Source: an uncultured bacterium (GTDB lineage: Bacteria > Margulisbacteria > WOR-1 > CAVSGV01). Taken from it: 64,000 bases of DNA. The notes under the pieces are model-generated. The model ran no database searches. It saw only the letters and a list, made by a program, of their open reading frames with translations, and had not been told where the DNA came from. Below, piece after piece: positions 1-12,050 of the stretch (position 1 is its first letter; every line of letters begins with the position of its first letter). The stretch is from assembly GCA_963727815.1 (NCBI GenBank), contig CAVSGV010000001.1:12055-76054 (forward strand). Reading direction: 5' to 3'. The translations under genes were made by a program, and so were the position numbers.

Positions 1-281
1 CGTTCGACTTCAACGGTGAAATCCACGTGGCCGGGAGTGTCGATGATATTGATCCTGTAACCCTTCCATGTGGTAGTGATGGCCGCGGACGTGATAGTGA
101 TGCCGCGCTCTCTCTCCTGGACCATCCAGTCGGTCACGGTATTGCCCTCATCCACGTCGCCGATCTTGTGGATCTTGCCGGAATAGAAAAGTATCCTTTC
201 CGTGGTCGTGGTCTTACCGGCATCTATGTGGGCCGCGATGCCGATGTTCCTGTATTTATCCATTGTCTGTGTTCTTGCCAT
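1..281 (-). CDS. fusA: Elongation factor G, N-terminal part (gene continues beyond window start)
   Basis: Reverse translation from 281 reads [69 protein letters not shown]...[16 protein letters not shown]. It contains the GTPase G1 (AHIDAGKT) and G3 (DTPGH) motifs. Its position after rpsL-rpsG matches the str operon. Confidence 0.85.
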   Translation of the reverse strand, partial: MARTQTMDKYRNIGIAAHIDAGKTTTTERILFYSGKIHKIGDVDEGNTVTDWMVQERERGITITSAAITTTWKGYRINIIDTPGHVDFTVEVE

Positions 282-345
282 AATATATTTGCCCTGATTT
301 TTCCTTTTTTCTGTTAACTGTTAGCTGTCAACTGTTAACTTTTCC

Positions 346-816
346 TTACCACCTGAAGTGCGCGAATGCCTTGTTGGATTCCGCCATCTTGTGAGTGTCT
401 TCCCTTTTCTTCATCGACGCACCCACTCCGTTGAACGCATCCATTAATTCCCCTGAAAGCTTTTCTATCATAGAGTGTCCGGCCCTTTTCCTGGCGTTCT
501 CTCTTATCCACTGCATGGATATTGAGAGGCCTCTTTCCTGGGGGACCTCGATGGGAACCTGATATGTGGCGCCGCCTACCCTTCTGGGTTTTACTTCCAT
601 CAGCGGCCTGACATTATTTAGAGCTTTCTCGAATATTTCCATCTGCGGTTTTTTAAGTTTCGCGGATGCGGCATCGAGCGCTCCGTATAATATTTTTTCG
701 GACGTGCTCTTCTTGCCCATCATCATCATCTTGTTGATGAAACTCTGCACCGTCTGGCTCCCGTACACGGCATCCGGCGCCACTACTCTTTTTCTTATGT
801 TCCCTCTTCTTGGCAT
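346..816 (-). CDS. rpsG: 30S ribosomal protein S7
   Basis: 156-aa ORF (MPRRGNIRKRVVAPDAVYGS...NKAFAHFRW) with typical full-length S7 sequence. It sits between rpsL and fusA. Confidence 0.97.
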   Translation of the reverse strand: MPRRGNIRKRVVAPDAVYGSQTVQSFINKMMMMGKKSTSEKILYGALDAASAKLKKPQMEIFEKALNNVRPLMEVKPRRVGGATYQVPIEVPQERGLSISMQWIRENARKRAGHSMIEKLSGELMDAFNGVGASMKKREDTHKMAESNKAFAHFRW

Positions 817-825
817 GTTGTCTCC

Positions 826-1217
826 TTAACCTTTTGCCGGGGCGGCTTTCGGCGCTTTTGCCCCGTAACGCGATCTTCCCTGTTTCCTGTTCTCAACTCC
901 GCCTGTGTCGAACGTGCCCCGGACTATGTGATACCTGACGCCCGGAAGGTCCTTAACCCTTCCGCCGCGCACCAGCACCACTGAGTGTTCCTGAAGGTTG
1001 TGTCCCACGCCGGGAATGTAAGCTGATGATTTCCATGCCGTTCGTCAGACGCACCCTGGCCACTTTTCTCAGGGCCGAGTTCGGTTTTTTCGGCGTGGTC
1101 GTATATACCCTTATGCAGACGCCTCTCTTGAACGGATTCCGCAGCAATGCCGGAGCCTTGCTCTTGAACGTTTTTCTTTTTCTTTTCGCCCTTACCAGCT
1201 GATTTATCGTTAGCCAT
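826..1217 (-). CDS. rpsL: 30S ribosomal protein S12, reading frame broken twice (consensus error or pseudogene)
   Basis: The S12 sequence is unmistakable but spread over three frames. The ATG at 1217 overlaps the rpoC stop (TAATG). [63 protein letters not shown] lies in a second frame (ORF 953..1147 plus its open upstream part). [35 protein letters not shown]... lies in a third (ORF 826..1008). One extra base near 1213 and one near 1020 would explain this. Confidence 0.8.
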
Positions 1218-4200
1218 TATGTGGATGCTCCTTCCTCAACTGCCGGCGCGTGAGCTTGTGCGCTCAACATGGACGGAACAAGTTCTACCGCCCTGTATGC
1301 TTCGAACCCTGTTCCCGCGGGTATGAGTTTTCCTATTATGACGTTCTCTTTCAGTCCGTACATTTTGTCGACGCGGCCTTTGATAGCCGCATCGGACAAT
1401 ATCCTTGCCGTTTCCTGGAACGAAGCGGCAGATATGAACGACTCGGTAGACAGCGATGCTTTTGTAATGCCGAGCAGGACTTCCGTCGCGGTCGCGTGCT
1501 CGCCCTTCGCTTCCGAGTTCACCTTCTCAAGTTCCCTGTTCTCCAGGAGTTCTCCCGGCAGCAGCGTCGTGTCACCCGGATTCACTACCCGGACCTTGTT
1601 CGTCATCTGCCGGACTATTACTTCCACGTGCTTGTCGCTTATGGAAACGCCCTGGCTGGTGTATATCCTTTGCACTTCGTCCACAAGGAACGTCTGCACG
1701 GCTTTCTTATCAAGTATCCTGAGCAGGTCATGCGGATTCACGCTGCCGTCCGTCAGTGCAATGCCGGGCATTATCTTGTCGCCGCTCGCCACTCTCAACC
1801 TTGTCTCGTAAGGCACCGCGTATTCGCGTTTCTCGTTAGGACCGGCGATAGTAATGAGCCTTGTGCCTTCCCTCTCGGAAATTTCAACCGTTCCCTCGAT
1901 CTCGGCGAGAAGCGCCGGATCTTTCGGCCTTCTGCCTTCGAAAAGCTCCTCGACTTTCGGAAGACCCTGAATGATGTCCCTGGTCTTGCTCGGGTCGCGT
2001 CTTATGCTCTCCACTTTTGAAAGGAAGTCATAAGCGTTCACTTCCTGCTGGTCCTCGACCGCGATACGGGAACCCGCGAGTATTGAATATATCTCGCCGG
2101 GGACGACTTCGATGCTCTTGCCCCTTGAGTCCTTTATGGCTATGACAAAGCCCGGCGTCTTCGCGGGAACTCCGTCAGCCACTTCATCGCCCGCTTTCAC
2201 GCTGTCGCCTATCTTTACATATACTTTGGCATCTTTCGGGACGTCGTATTCCTTTTTGATCTTAGGGTTATATATGAATATCATGCCGTCATTCTTCGCT
2301 ATCCTGTCGGTGACGTTCTTCTCTTCTATCTTTGTTTTTTCTCCGAAACGTCCAGACCCATGTACATGACGCTGTCCGGGCGCCGTCGCCGCTACGTATT
2401 CATATGTAGGATCGAATTCGGCTATCGCGTCGCCGGATGTGATGCTGGCGCCTTCTTTAACGATGACGATGGAGCCCACAGGAAGAACATATTCCTCTTT
2501 CTTGTCCTTCACCTTCACATACGCGATGGATTCCCTCGTGACCATTTTAGCTTTATCGCCGTTCTCATCGATGAAATCCCTGAGCTCAAAGCCGTCTCCA
2601 AACTCGAATTTTCCGCTGTGTTTTACTTTTATCGGGACCTTCGCGGTCTTGTGCAGCGCGACGCCTCCGATGTGGAACGTTCTCATTGTAAGCTGTGTTC
2701 CGGGTTCACCGATGGATTGCGCCGCGATTATTCCCACCGCTTCGCCTACATTGACAAGCTCTCCCCTGGAGAGGTCCCTTCCGTAGCACTTCTGGCAAAG
2801 GCCCTTCTTTGTCTTGCATGTCAAGACCGAGCGGACCTTCACTTTCTCGATGCCCGCTTCCGATATCGCGCTCGCGTCATCCTCGGTTATCTCTTCGCCT
2901 GCCTTGACTATGGTCTTCCCGGAGATGGGATCGTTGATGTTCTTTACGGCCACTCTTCCCGCTATCCTGGTCTTGAGCGCCAGTATTTCTTCGAAACCTT
3001 CGCGGACGCTGGTTATCGTAACGCCTTCTTCAGAGCCGCAGTCTTCCTCGGTTATCATGACGTCCTGCGCAACATCGACAAGCCTTCTTGTGAGATAGCC
3101 GGAGTCGGCCGTGCGCAGAGCTGTGTCGACGAGACCCTTTCTCGCTCCGTAAGATGATATGAAATATTCCGTGACGTTAAGGCCTTCTTTGAAGTTCGCC
3201 TTGATAGGTATCCTTATGATATTACCGGACGGGTCAGCCATCAGTCCGCGGATGCCGGCGAGCTGACGGACCTGCTGCAGGTTGCCTCTCGCTCCGGAGA
3301 AAGCCATGAGGTATACCGAATTCAGCTTGTCGAATTCCTTCAACATGGCATCCGTAACGTCCTCTGTCACCTTGCCCCAAATGTCGATGGAACGGATGAA
3401 GTGTTCTTTCGCGGATATTGTGCCGTGCTTCAGCTGTTTATCAAGAGATTCGACCTGCTTGGTCGCCTTGCCTACGATGTTCTTTTTCTGCGACGGGACC
3501 TTCAGGTCTTCAATGGAGATGGTGATGCCCGCGATGGTGGCATATTTGAAGCCAAGCCGTTTTATCTCGTCCGCCATGGATGACGTGACGTCGCTTCCGA
3601 ACTTGAAGAAGAACATCTTGATGAGCGCTTCCAGCTGTTTCTTGCCAACCGTGTAATTTATGTAGTCCAGCTTCGCGCCCGGGACCTTCTTTGCCATTAC
3701 CTTTGCAAGTGTGTTGTTGAACTTTATGCGGCCCACCGTGGTCTGGAGCATCTGGCCGTCCTTCCGGACTTTGATGACCGCGTGCAGATGCACCTGGTCC
3801 AAATCCTGGGCGACCATCGCTTCGTTCTCGGAAGAAAAGTTCATGCCTTTGCCGAGCGTTACTCTTTCATCTTCTACCGTCATGTAGTAAACGCCAAGGA
3901 CCATGTCCTGCGTCGGCGTGATTATGGGTCTTCCCGACGCCGGAGACAGAATGTTCCTTGAAGACAACATGAGCAGCCTTGCTTCAACCTGTGATTCGGT
4001 AAGGAGCGGCACGTGGACAGCCATCTGGTCGCCGTCGAAGTCCGCGTTGAACGCCGGGCAGACCAGAGGATGTATCTGGATAGCCTTGCCTTCAACAAGT
4101 ATCGGCTCGAAAGCCTGGATGCCGAGCCTGTGCAGAGTCGGCGCGCGGTTCAGAAGGACAGGATGTCCCTTGATGACCTCTTCGAGGATGTCCCAAACGA

Positions 4201-5413
4201 AAATATCCCTCTTCTCGATGTTACGCTTCGCGCTCTTCACGTTCTGTGAAAGTCCTTTTTCGACAAGTTTCCTGATAACGAACGGTTTGAAAAGTTCGAG
4301 CGCCATTTCTTTCGGCAGGCCGCACTGATGCATTTTCAGCGTCGGGCCGACGACGATTACGGACCTTCCCGAGTAATCTGTTCTTTTTCCAAGGAGATTC
4401 TGTCTGAACCGTCCCTGCTTTCCTTCGATGATATCAGAGAGTGATTTTAGCGGACGGCCTGTTGATCCTGTGACCGCTCTCTTTCTCCTGCCGTTGTCGA
4501 TGAGAACGTCCACAGATTCCTGCAGCATTCTTTTCTCGTTCCTTACTATCATGTCGGGAGCGCCCATGCTGATGATCTTCTTCAGCCTGTTGTTCCTGTT
4601 CAATATCCTTCTGTAAAGGTCATTGAGATCGGATGTGGCGAACCTTCCGCCTTCCAGCTGGACCATCGGACGAAGGTCCGGCGGCATGACTGGAATGACC
4701 TCAAGTATCATCCACTCCGGCTTGTTGGCCGACTTCAGGAACGCTTCCATTACTCTCAATCTTTTTACGATCTTTATTCTCTTCTGGCCTTCGCTGCCCT
4801 TCAGGTCGCGTCGAAGCTTTGTGACGACTGCCGCAATGTCGATGGTGGCGAGCACTTCTTTTACCGCTTTCGCGCCCATCTCAACTTTGAAAGTGTTGCC
4901 GTATTTCTCTCTGGCTTCCTGGTATTCCGGCTCCCTCAGAACCTGGCCGACCTTCAGCTTTATCTTTTCTTTTCCCTGAGGATTCACTTCCGTGACCATG
5001 TAGGCATCGTAATAAATGACCTCTTCGATGAGTTTTGTGGACGCGTCAAGAACGATCCCGACGAAACCCGGCGTTCCGCGCAGATACCAGACGTGAGAGA
5101 CCGGGACTGCAAGCTTTATGTGTCCCATTCTTTCGCGTCTTACTCTGGATGTGGTAACTTCCACTCCGCAGCGTTCGCAAACGATCCCGCGGTATCTTAT
5201 CCTTCTGTATTTTCCGCAGTGGCATTCCCAGTCCTTCACAGGCCCGAATATCTTCTCGTCAAAGAGACCTTTTCTCTCAGGTTTGAAAGTACGGTAGTTG
5301 ATGGTCTCCGGCTTTTCCACTTCGCCGTGCGACCACGAGAGGATCTTTTCGGTGGACGCGAGCCCGATCCGGATCATTTCGAAATCTTTGCTCTCTTTTT
5401 TCTTAAGTTGCAT
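1217..5413 (-). CDS. rpoC: DNA-directed RNA polymerase subunit beta'
   Basis: 1398-aa ORF with an N-terminal zinc motif (CHCGKY...CERCGVEV) and the catalytic NADFDGDQM motif. It lies downstream of rpoB. Confidence 0.98.
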   Translation of the reverse strand: MQLKKKESKDFEMIRIGLASTEKILSWSHGEVEKPETINYRTFKPERKGLFDEKIFGPVKDWECHCGKYRRIRYRGIVCERCGVEVTTSRVRRERMGHIKLAVPVSHVWYLRGTPGFVGIVLDASTKLIEEVIYYDAYMVTEVNPQGKEKIKLKVGQVLREPEYQEAREKYGNTFKVEMGAKAVKEVLATIDIAAVVTKLRRDLKGSEGQKRIKIVKRLRVMEAFLKSANKPEWMILEVIPVMPPDLRPMVQLEGGRFATSDLNDLYRRILNRNNRLKKIISMGAPDMIVRNEKRMLQESVDVLIDNGRRKRAVTGSTGRPLKSLSDIIEGKQGRFRQNLLGKRTDYSGRSVIVVGPTLKMHQCGLPKEMALELFKPFVIRKLVEKGLSQNVKSAKRNIEKRDIFVWDILEEVIKGHPVLLNRAPTLHRLGIQAFEPILVEGKAIQIHPLVCPAFNADFDGDQMAVHVPLLTESQVEARLLMLSSRNILSPASGRPIITPTQDMVLGVYYMTVEDERVTLGKGMNFSSENEAMVAQDLDQVHLHAVIKVRKDGQMLQTTVGRIKFNNTLAKVMAKKVPGAKLDYINYTVGKKQLEALIKMFFFKFGSDVTSSMADEIKRLGFKYATIAGITISIEDLKVPSQKKNIVGKATKQVESLDKQLKHGTISAKEHFIRSIDIWGKVTEDVTDAMLKEFDKLNSVYLMAFSGARGNLQQVRQLAGIRGLMADPSGNIIRIPIKANFKEGLNVTEYFISSYGARKGLVDTALRTADSGYLTRRLVDVAQDVMITEEDCGSEEGVTITSVREGFEEILALKTRIAGRVAVKNINDPISGKTIVKAGEEITEDDASAISEAGIEKVKVRSVLTCKTKKGLCQKCYGRDLSRGELVNVGEAVGIIAAQSIGEPGTQLTMRTFHIGGVALHKTAKVPIKVKHSGKFEFGDGFELRDFIDENGDKAKMVTRESIAYVKVKDKKEEYVLPVGSIVIVKEGASITSGDAIAEFDPTYEYVAATAPGQRHVHGSGRFGEKTKIEEKNVTDRIAKNDGMIFIYNPKIKKEYDVPKDAKVYVKIGDSVKAGDEVADGVPAKTPGFVIAIKDSRGKSIEVVPGEIYSILAGSRIAVEDQQEVNAYDFLSKVESIRRDPSKTRDIIQGLPKVEELFEGRRPKDPALLAEIEGTVEISEREGTRLITIAGPNEKREYAVPYETRLRVASGDKIMPGIALTDGSVNPHDLLRILDKKAVQTFLVDEVQRIYTSQGVSISDKHVEVIVRQMTNKVRVVNPGDTTLLPGELLENRELEKVNSEAKGEHATATEVLLGITKASLSTESFISAASFQETARILSDAAIKGRVDKMYGLKENVIIGKLIPAGTGFEAYRAVELVPSMLSAQAHAPAVEEGAST

Positions 5414-8400
5414 AACCGCCGCCTTTTTCTCTCTTATCTCGAGGTCCTCTGTTGAATATGCTCGCCCTTTCCGGCGCGTCCTCGCTGATGTTCACTTCTT
5501 TGCCTTCCTTGTTCAGAGTTTTGAAATCCAGGCCGAGGCTTCTCAGTTCCTTTATGAGGACCTTGAACGATTCCGGCGTGCCGGGCTTGCCCATGAGCTT
5601 GCCTTTGATGATCTCTTCGTACACCTTCGCGCGTCCGGTGACGTCGTCAGATTTGACCGTCAATAATTCCTGCAGAGTGTTGGCGGCGCCGTAAGCTTCA
5701 AGCGCCCAGACCTCCATCTCTCCGAACCTCTGTCCGCCGAACTGCGCTTTTCCTCCGAGAGGCTGCTGAGTAATGAGCGAGTACGGGCCCGTGGACCTTG
5801 CGTGCATCTTGTCATCGACAAGGTGGATGAGTTTCATGACGTACATGCATCCGACGGCCACCGGCCTGTCGAAAGCTTTTCCGGTCCTTCCGTCGCGAAG
5901 AAGAACTTTTCCGCTGGTGTTGACCCAGGAATAGCCCGGCGTGGCGGATGCCTTCTGGAGTTCTTCGTTCACCTTGACCACGGAAGCGTCATCCATTAAA
6001 TGTTCATCAAAAGTCGGAACGTCATAGAATTTGTTCATGATCATACCGGCATGGCCAAGGAACAGTTCGAATATCTGTCCGATGTTCATGCGGGAAGGAA
6101 CGCCCAGCGGGTTCAGGATTATATCAAGCGGAGTGCCGTCCGGCAGAAATGGCATATCTTCCTCGGGCAATATCCTCGCGACTATACCCTTGTTCCCGTG
6201 CCTTCCGGCCAGTTTGTCGCCGATGGATACTTTCCTGAGCTGCGCGATGTATACTCTGATTATTTCGTGGACTCCCGGCGGGAGTTCATCGCCGGCCTGC
6301 CTTGAGAACGTCCTGACCGCGATGACCTTTCCTTCTTCTCCGGACGGGACTTTTAGTGACGTGTCCCTCATGTCCCTGGCTTTGTCGCCGAATATCGCTC
6401 TCAAAAGTTTTTCTTCGGCTGGAAGTTCCGTCTCGCCCTTCGGGGTTACCTTGCCCACAAGTATGTCGCCCGGTTTTACTTCCGCGCCGGGGATTATGAT
6501 GCCTCTTTCGTCAAGATCGGCAAGCGCTTCCTCGGAAACGTTCGGTATCTCGCGAGTTATCTCTTCCATTCCGAGTTTCGTGGCACGGACGTCAACTTCA
6601 AGTCTTTCGATGTGAATGGACGTGTAAATGTCCTTTTTTACCAGCTTTTCAGATATGATCATGGCGTCTTCGTAGTTATAGCCTTCCCACGGCATGAAAG
6701 CGGCAAGGATGTTCCTGCCCAGCGCCAGTTCTCCCATTTCCGTCCCGGAGCTGTCGGCGATGATCTGGCCTTTTTCAACTTTCTGGCCTGATCTTACTAT
6801 CGGCCGCTGATGCATGCAGGTGTTCTGGTTCGATCTCTGGAATTTTATCAGTTTGTGGACTTCGGGTTTTTTGCCTCCGGTTATGACTATCTCATCGGCT
6901 GTGACCCTGGATACTCTGCCGTTGGTATTGCTTCTCGTAAGGAGATTTGAATCTCTCGCCACTTTACCTTCAAGCCCGGTGCCTACGTACGGCGCTTCGG
7001 GAACAAGAAGCGGAACGGCCTGTCTTTGCATGTTCGCGCCCATCAACGCCCTGTTCGCGTCGTCGTGCTCCAGGAAAGGTATCAGCGCGGTCGTTATTCC
7101 GACCAGCTGGTCCGGAGCCACGCCCACGTAATCAACTTCTTTCGGCGTCGCGATGATGAATTCCCTTTTGTATCGCACAGGAACCTGCTCTTCGTTTATT
7201 CTTCCGCTGCTGGTAAGCCTTACGTCGCAGGGGCCAAGCTTGTAAAGGTCTTCAACGTCGGCTGTAAGATATTCCACCTTGTTCGTCACATGCCCGTTCT
7301 TCACTTTCCTGTAAGGCGTTTCGATGAATCCGTATTTATTGATCTTCGCGTACGTGCCCAGCGATGCGATGAGGCCCGCGTTCGGACCTTCAGGCGTCTC
7401 TATGGGGCATACCCTTCCGTAGTGGGAAGGATGGATGTCCCTGACCTCGAATCCAGCTCTCTCGCGCGTTAGCCCTCCGGGCCCGAGCGCTGAAAGCCTT
7501 CTCTTGTGCGTCAATTCCGCTAGAGGATTTGTTTGGTCCATGAATTGCGACAACTGGCTTGAACCAAAGAATTCCTTTATAACTGCCACGAGCGGTCTTA
7601 CATTTACTACCATCTGCGGAGTCAGGTTCTCTCCCGCTTTTACCACTAACTGTTCTTTTACCAATCTTTCCACTCTTGAGAGCCCTACCATGAACTGCCG
7701 CTGCAGAAGTTCTCCGACAGAGCGGATCCTTCTGTTGCCCAGATGGTCTATGTCATCGGCCATTCCGTTCCCAAGATGCAGGTCGATGAGGCATTTCACT
7801 ATCCCGAGGATGTCCTCTTTAGTGAGGACCGTTTTTTCCATGGAACCGGTGATGCCAAGCTTCTTGTTCACCTTGTATCTGCCGACTTTGCCCAGGTCGT
7901 AGCGCCTTACATTAAAGAAAAGGTTGTTGAGATAAGCCTGCGCGCCTTCCATAGTGATGGGATCGCCGGGACGCAGCTTCTTGTATATCTCGACCAGAGT
8001 TTCTTCTTTCGGCTTGATGGGATATTCATGCAGGGATTTCCTGCCGTATTCTGAATCTCCCAGAGCGGCTTTTATCTCCTTTTCGGAGCAGCCGATCGCG
8101 GAGAGGAACGTGGTGATGGGGACCTTCTTTGTCCTGTTGATCCTTGCGTGGACCACCGATGAAGCGTCAACTTCGACTTCCAGCCACGAACCCCTGTCGG
8201 GTATTATGGTGGCGAAGTAAGTGATCTTGCCCTTCTCGCTCTTCTTGTTCTCCCGCAGGTAGACTCCGGATGACCTTACCAACTGGCTGACAATGACCCT
8301 CTCAACGCCGTTGATGATGAAGGTTCCCCTGTCCGTCATGATAGGCAGATCGCCGACGAAGACATCCTGAGATTTCACTTCGCCGCTCTGCTTGTCGATG

Positions 8401-8684
8401 AGACGGACCTTTATCTTGAAGGGGGCGCAGAAAGTAACTTCTTTGATGAGGCAGTCCTGGATAGAATGCTTCGGATCCCCTATCTTGAAGTCGCCGGTGA
8501 ACTCCACCTCATAGCGGCCTTCATATCCCTTTATGGGGGAAAAACTGCGCAGAGCTTCGCTGAGGCCTTCCGCCAGGAACAGCTTGAACGAGTCCTTCTG
8601 AAGCTCCAGAAGATCCGGAGGCTCTATGAGGCGCTTCTGCGCGGGCCCGAATAATTTAACTCTTTCCCTTACTGCATTTGTCAT
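5403..8684 (-). CDS. rpoB: DNA-directed RNA polymerase subunit beta
   Basis: 1093-aa ORF with conserved beta-subunit blocks (e.g. [39 protein letters not shown]). It overlaps the rpoC start by 11 nt. Confidence 0.98.
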   Translation of the reverse strand: MTNAVRERVKLFGPAQKRLIEPPDLLELQKDSFKLFLAEGLSEALRSFSPIKGYEGRYEVEFTGDFKIGDPKHSIQDCLIKEVTFCAPFKIKVRLIDKQSGEVKSQDVFVGDLPIMTDRGTFIINGVERVIVSQLVRSSGVYLRENKKSEKGKITYFATIIPDRGSWLEVEVDASSVVHARINRTKKVPITTFLSAIGCSEKEIKAALGDSEYGRKSLHEYPIKPKEETLVEIYKKLRPGDPITMEGAQAYLNNLFFNVRRYDLGKVGRYKVNKKLGITGSMEKTVLTKEDILGIVKCLIDLHLGNGMADDIDHLGNRRIRSVGELLQRQFMVGLSRVERLVKEQLVVKAGENLTPQMVVNVRPLVAVIKEFFGSSQLSQFMDQTNPLAELTHKRRLSALGPGGLTRERAGFEVRDIHPSHYGRVCPIETPEGPNAGLIASLGTYAKINKYGFIETPYRKVKNGHVTNKVEYLTADVEDLYKLGPCDVRLTSSGRINEEQVPVRYKREFIIATPKEVDYVGVAPDQLVGITTALIPFLEHDDANRALMGANMQRQAVPLLVPEAPYVGTGLEGKVARDSNLLTRSNTNGRVSRVTADEIVITGGKKPEVHKLIKFQRSNQNTCMHQRPIVRSGQKVEKGQIIADSSGTEMGELALGRNILAAFMPWEGYNYEDAMIISEKLVKKDIYTSIHIERLEVDVRATKLGMEEITREIPNVSEEALADLDERGIIIPGAEVKPGDILVGKVTPKGETELPAEEKLLRAIFGDKARDMRDTSLKVPSGEEGKVIAVRTFSRQAGDELPPGVHEIIRVYIAQLRKVSIGDKLAGRHGNKGIVARILPEEDMPFLPDGTPLDIILNPLGVPSRMNIGQIFELFLGHAGMIMNKFYDVPTFDEHLMDDASVVKVNEELQKASATPGYSWVNTSGKVLLRDGRTGKAFDRPVAVGCMYVMKLIHLVDDKMHARSTGPYSLITQQPLGGKAQFGGQRFGEMEVWALEAYGAANTLQELLTVKSDDVTGRAKVYEEIIKGKLMGKPGTPESFKVLIKELRSLGLDFKTLNKEGKEVNISEDAPERASIFNRGPRDKREKGGGYAT

Positions 8685-9049
8685 TATTTTATCTCCACTT
8701 TCCCACCTTCGGCTTCAATTTTCTTCTTTATCTCTTCCGCTTCAGCCTTCTTTATCTTCGTCTTCACGGGCTTCGGCGTGGTATCAACCAGCTCTTTCGC
8801 TTCCTTAAGACCCAGACCGGTAACGTCTCTCACAACTTTCAGCACCTGGATCTTCTTGTCGCCGGCTGATGTCAGTACGACGTCGAATTCATCCTGGACC
8901 GCCGCGGCTTCGCCAGCGACTGCTGCAGGAGCAGCAACAGCGGCAACAGCGGAAACGCCGAACTTTTCCTCCATCTTCTTCACGAGATCGGAGAGTTCCA
9001 GCACCGTCATCCCTTCTATGGTCGTTAATATCTCTTCCATTTTTGCCAT
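8684..9049 (-). CDS. rplL: 50S ribosomal protein L7/L12
   Basis: 121-aa product [32 protein letters not shown]..., with an Ala-rich hinge and a typical C-terminal domain ([19 protein letters not shown]). I prefer the ATG at 9049 to the TTG at 9103 used by the ORF track. Confidence 0.95.
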   Translation of the reverse strand: MAKMEEILTTIEGMTVLELSDLVKKMEEKFGVSAVAAVAAPAAVAGEAAAVQDEFDVVLTSAGDKKIQVLKVVRDVTGLGLKEAKELVDTTPKPVKTKIKKAEAEEIKKKIEAEGGKVEIK

Positions 9050-9062
9050 CACAATCACCTCC

Positions 9063-9584
9063 CTATCCTTTCGCTTTTTTCTCTTTAACCGCATTAACAG
9101 CAATGGCGAACTTGGTTATTATCGCCTTGCAGTCAAGAACAAAATTCGTGATGGGGGCCTTCATGCCGCCCGCCACCTTCGCCAGCAGCACTTCTCTTGA
9201 GGGGAGCTTGGATAGTGCCGATATCGTTTTTATGTCTATCAGATTTCCGTCCAGCAGCCCGCCTTTTATGCTCAGCTTTTCGTTCTCTTTTATGAAATCG
9301 GACAATGCTTTCGTCGGCTGGACCTGGTCCTTGTAGCCGAAAACCACGGCCGTCGACCCCTTAAGAAGCTTATCGATGCCTTCCAGCGACATGTCCTTCA
9401 CCGCTAGCGTGATGAGAGTGTTCTTGAACACCTTGAATTCAGCTTCGCTGGGCCTCAGTTTCTTGCGGAGCTTGGTCAACTGCGCCATTGTGAGACCGGA
9501 GTAATCTGTAAGGATGACCACCGAGCTCTTGTCGAATTTTTCCTTTATTGTTTTTACAGTTTTCTTTTTAAGTTCTTTCAGCAT
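9063..9584 (-). CDS. rplJ: 50S ribosomal protein L10
   Basis: 173-aa ORF with the L10 family pattern. It sits directly upstream of rplL, as in the canonical L10-L7/L12 operon. Confidence 0.95.
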   Translation of the reverse strand: MLKELKKKTVKTIKEKFDKSSVVILTDYSGLTMAQLTKLRKKLRPSEAEFKVFKNTLITLAVKDMSLEGIDKLLKGSTAVVFGYKDQVQPTKALSDFIKENEKLSIKGGLLDGNLIDIKTISALSKLPSREVLLAKVAGGMKAPITNFVLDCKAIITKFAIAVNAVKEKKAKG

Positions 9585-10294
9585 TATATTTCTCCGGAGC
9601 TGACCATCTTGCTGATGTCCACTTTTACAGCCGGCCCCATCGTCGCAGATAGCGCGACGCTCTTTATGAAAACGCCCTTCACGCTGGATGGCTTTGCCTT
9701 GTTGACAGCTTCGATGACACTTGACAGGTTCGTGTTCAGTTTGTCCTCGCCGAAGCTTACCTTGCCGATGGCAACGTGTATGACGCCGGTCTTGTCGGTC
9801 TTATATTCGACTTTGCCCGCCTTGAACTCTTTTACGACCTTGCCAACATCGAAAGTGACCGTTCCGGTCTTCGGATTTGGCATCAGGCCCTTTTGGCCGA
9901 GGACTTTTCCGAGTTTTCCCACCGCGGCCATTATGTCAGGCGTTGCGATGGTGACGTCGAAATCGGTCCAGCCTTTGCTTATCTTGTCTATCATGTCCTC
10001 CGCGCCAACGTAATCGGCGCCCGCGGATTCAGCTTCCTTTATCTTCTCGCCCTTCGCGATGACGACGATCCTGGTCTTCTTGCCGCTTCCGCCGGGAAGA
10101 CCGACCGTGCCCCTAACCTGCTGGTCGCTTCTCTTGGGATCGATCCCGAGTTTGATGGAAAGGTTTACCGATCCGTCGAACTTGGAATAGGACGTGGATT
10201 TCACCATAGCTATCGCGTCGTTGGGGAGATATTTCTTTCCCTGTTCGATGAGCTTGGCTTTTTCCAGGTATTTCTTTCCTCTTACCATATTCAA
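9584..10294 (-). CDS. rplA: 50S ribosomal protein L1
   Basis: 236-aa ORF (…[17 protein letters not shown]…[13 protein letters not shown]…) in the L1 family, following rplK. The start could be 10294 or 10288. Confidence 0.95.
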   Translation of the reverse strand: MNMVRGKKYLEKAKLIEQGKKYLPNDAIAMVKSTSYSKFDGSVNLSIKLGIDPKRSDQQVRGTVGLPGGSGKKTRIVVIAKGEKIKEAESAGADYVGAEDMIDKISKGWTDFDVTIATPDIMAAVGKLGKVLGQKGLMPNPKTGTVTFDVGKVVKEFKAGKVEYKTDKTGVIHVAIGKVSFGEDKLNTNLSSVIEAVNKAKPSSVKGVFIKSVALSATMGPAVKVDISKMVSSGEI

Positions 10295-10331
10295 TATCTA
10301 TCCTTAATTTTGAATTTTTATCTTTAAACTT

Positions 10332-10754
10332 TTACTTTACAGTGATCCCCATGTTCCTGGCCGTTCCTTCGATGATCTTCATCGCGGCCTCGATGTCGTT
10401 AGCGTTAAGATCGGGCATCTTTATCTCAGCTATTTCCCTGACCTTTTCTTTCGATATGCTTCCCACCTTGTTCCTGTTCGGCTCGCCGGATCCTTTTTCG
10501 ATGTTCGCCGCTTTTTTCAGGAGCACCGCCGCCGGGGGCGTCTTCAGGACGAAAGTGAATGACCTGTCCTCGAAAATGGATATCTCGACGGGAATGACCG
10601 TGTCGCCTTTGTCCTGCGTCGCCGCGTTGTACTGCTTGCAGAATTCCATGATATTGACGCCGTGCTGGCCCAATGCGGGACCGATGGGCGGAGCCGGATT
10701 GGCTTTGCCCGCGGGTATCTGCAACTTTATCATCGTTTTTAGTTTTTTCGCCAT
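10332..10754 (-). CDS. rplK: 50S ribosomal protein L11
   Basis: 140-aa [46 protein letters not shown]..., a canonical L11. Confidence 0.97.
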   Translation of the reverse strand: MAKKLKTMIKLQIPAGKANPAPPIGPALGQHGVNIMEFCKQYNAATQDKGDTVIPVEISIFEDRSFTFVLKTPPAAVLLKKAANIEKGSGEPNRNKVGSISKEKVREIAEIKMPDLNANDIEAAMKIIEGTARNMGITVK

Positions 10755-10758
10755 GTGA

Positions 10759-11472
10759 TTATGTTACTTTCTCTGCCTGCTCGAAATCTATCTCCACAGG
10801 CGTATCTCTGCCGAATATATTGACCAGGGCTTTTATCTTATTCCTTTGAGGGTTGATCTCTTCGACGGAACCAGTATAGCCTCTGAACGGTCCGCTAATG
10901 ATCCTAATCGCTTCACCCTTTTCAAAAGAAACCTCGATCTGCTCTTCCCTGACCCCAAGCTGTTTAAGCACTCTCTGCATTTCCCTGTCCGTGACCGGGA
11001 TGGGCCTGGTCTTGTTCCCTATGAACTTCGCCACGCCCGGGGTCTGCTTCAGCGAATGCCACGATTCCTCGTCAAGTATCATTTCGACGAAAACATAGCC
11101 CGGGAACATTTTCTTCTTCTTCTCAACCCTCTTGCCGCTCTTTATCTCGACTATGTCCTCTTCCGGCACGAGTATTGTGAAGACCTTGGCCTCCAGGCCT
11201 TCCTTCTTTACGTTCCTCTCGATGCTGGTCTTTACCAGGTCTTCGTTCCCCGTCAGCGTCTGAAGAACGTACCATTTTCTCTCTTCGGTAGGCTGGGACT
11301 GCAATGGCTGAGGCTGCGCCTCTTCCGCCTTTTGTTCAGCAGGCGTCTGTTCAACAACAGGTTTTTGCTCAACAACAGGTTTTTGCTCAACAACAGGTGT
11401 TTGCTCGACAACAGGGTTCTCCTGCTTTGCCTCAGCGTTCACCGGATTTTCAGATACGTTCTCTTCAGCCAT
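10759..11472 (-). CDS. nusG: Transcription termination/antitermination factor NusG with a repeat-containing N-terminal extension
   Basis: NGN domain ([16 protein letters not shown]...) and KOW motif ([21 protein letters not shown]). They are preceded by about 65 aa of low complexity with PVVEQT/K hexapeptide repeats. Position follows secE. Confidence 0.93.
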   Translation of the reverse strand: MAEENVSENPVNAEAKQENPVVEQTPVVEQKPVVEQKPVVEQTPAEQKAEEAQPQPLQSQPTEERKWYVLQTLTGNEDLVKTSIERNVKKEGLEAKVFTILVPEEDIVEIKSGKRVEKKKKMFPGYVFVEMILDEESWHSLKQTPGVAKFIGNKTRPIPVTDREMQRVLKQLGVREEQIEVSFEKGEAIRIISGPFRGYTGSVEEINPQRNKIKALVNIFGRDTPVEIDFEQAEKVT

Positions 11473-11483
11473 TGCCCACCTTA

Positions 11484-11696
11484 TTATCGGATCCCTGACC
11501 TGCCCACCAAGCTGAAGAAACGGGCAAAACAGAAATCAACCAACATTACATAAACCACCGTCAGGAAAACTATCACAAAAACTATAATGGTCGCCGCCGT
11601 AACATATTGCTGGCCGGGCCAGACCACTTTTTTTGACTCAGCTTTGATCTCATTAAAATAGTTAACTACTTTTTCTTTTATTTCTTTATAATTCAT
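11484..11696 (-). CDS. secE: Preprotein translocase subunit SecE
   Basis: 70-aa ORF with a KVVWPGQQY motif followed by a single TM helix. It has the canonical position between tRNA-Trp/rpmG and nusG. Confidence 0.85.
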   Translation of the reverse strand: MNYKEIKEKVVNYFNEIKAESKKVVWPGQQYVTAATIIVFVIVFLTVVYVMLVDFCFARFFSLVGRSGIR

Positions 11697-11716
11697 ATTC
11701 TACCGGACAAATACTG

Positions 11717-11790
11717 CAGGCGAGGAGGGACTCGAACCCCCAACCGCTGGTTTTGGAGACCAGAGCTCTAGCCAGTTGAGCTACTCGCCC
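11717..11790 (-). tRNA. trnW: tRNA-Trp (anticodon CCA)
   Basis: Reverse complement is GGGCGAGTAGCTCAACTGGCTAGAGCTCTGGTCTCCAAAACCAGCGGTTGGGGGTTCGAGTCCCTCCTCGCCTG. It folds into a 74-nt cloverleaf with a 7-bp acceptor stem, anticodon loop CT-CCA-AA and a GTTCGAGTC T-loop. No CCA is encoded. Coordinates are +/- 2 nt. Confidence 0.9.
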
Positions 11791-11807
11791 ACTTCCCAGC
11801 ACCGAGA

Positions 11808-11957
11808 TCACTTTTCCTCTTTATGCGGCGTATGTTTCTTACACCACTTGCAATACTTTTTAAGCTCAAGCCTGCCAGTTGTTGTCTTCTTATTTTTCTT
11901 AGAAGTATAATTTTTTCTTTTGCAAACCGTGCACGATAACGTGATTATTTCCTGCAT
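11808..11957 (-). CDS. rpmG: 50S ribosomal protein L33
   Basis: Not in the ORF track because it is under 60 aa. Translation is [49 protein letters not shown]. It has the CxxC...CxxC zinc-ribbon L33 pattern and the usual position upstream of tRNA-Trp/secE. Confidence 0.85.
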   Translation of the reverse strand: MQEIITLSCTVCKRKNYTSKKNKKTTTGRLELKKYCKWCKKHTPHKEEK

Positions 11958-12050
11958 ATCCCAACCTTCTTAAATATTTCAAAAGACGCAAAAGCCCTTC
12001 TTCCAGATCTCCTGGAGTTATAAAAAGGGTTTTTTGCGGAACAATGGGTA

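Noticed and set aside
1250-8654. Many long plus-strand ORFs (e.g. 1250-2020, 2360-3157, 6031-6615, 7435-7902) lie inside rpoC and rpoB.
   Set aside because: They are shadow ORFs antisense to highly conserved genes. They have low-complexity Ser/Pro/Arg-rich translations and no independent signals. The same applies to antisense ORFs within gltX, clpC, pyrG, the atp genes, murA and others.
9050-9103. The upstream TTG-initiated extension of rplL ([18 protein letters not shown]...).
   Set aside because: It overlaps the 3' end of rplJ. The canonical L7/L12 N-terminus starts at MAKMEEIL (the ATG at 9049).
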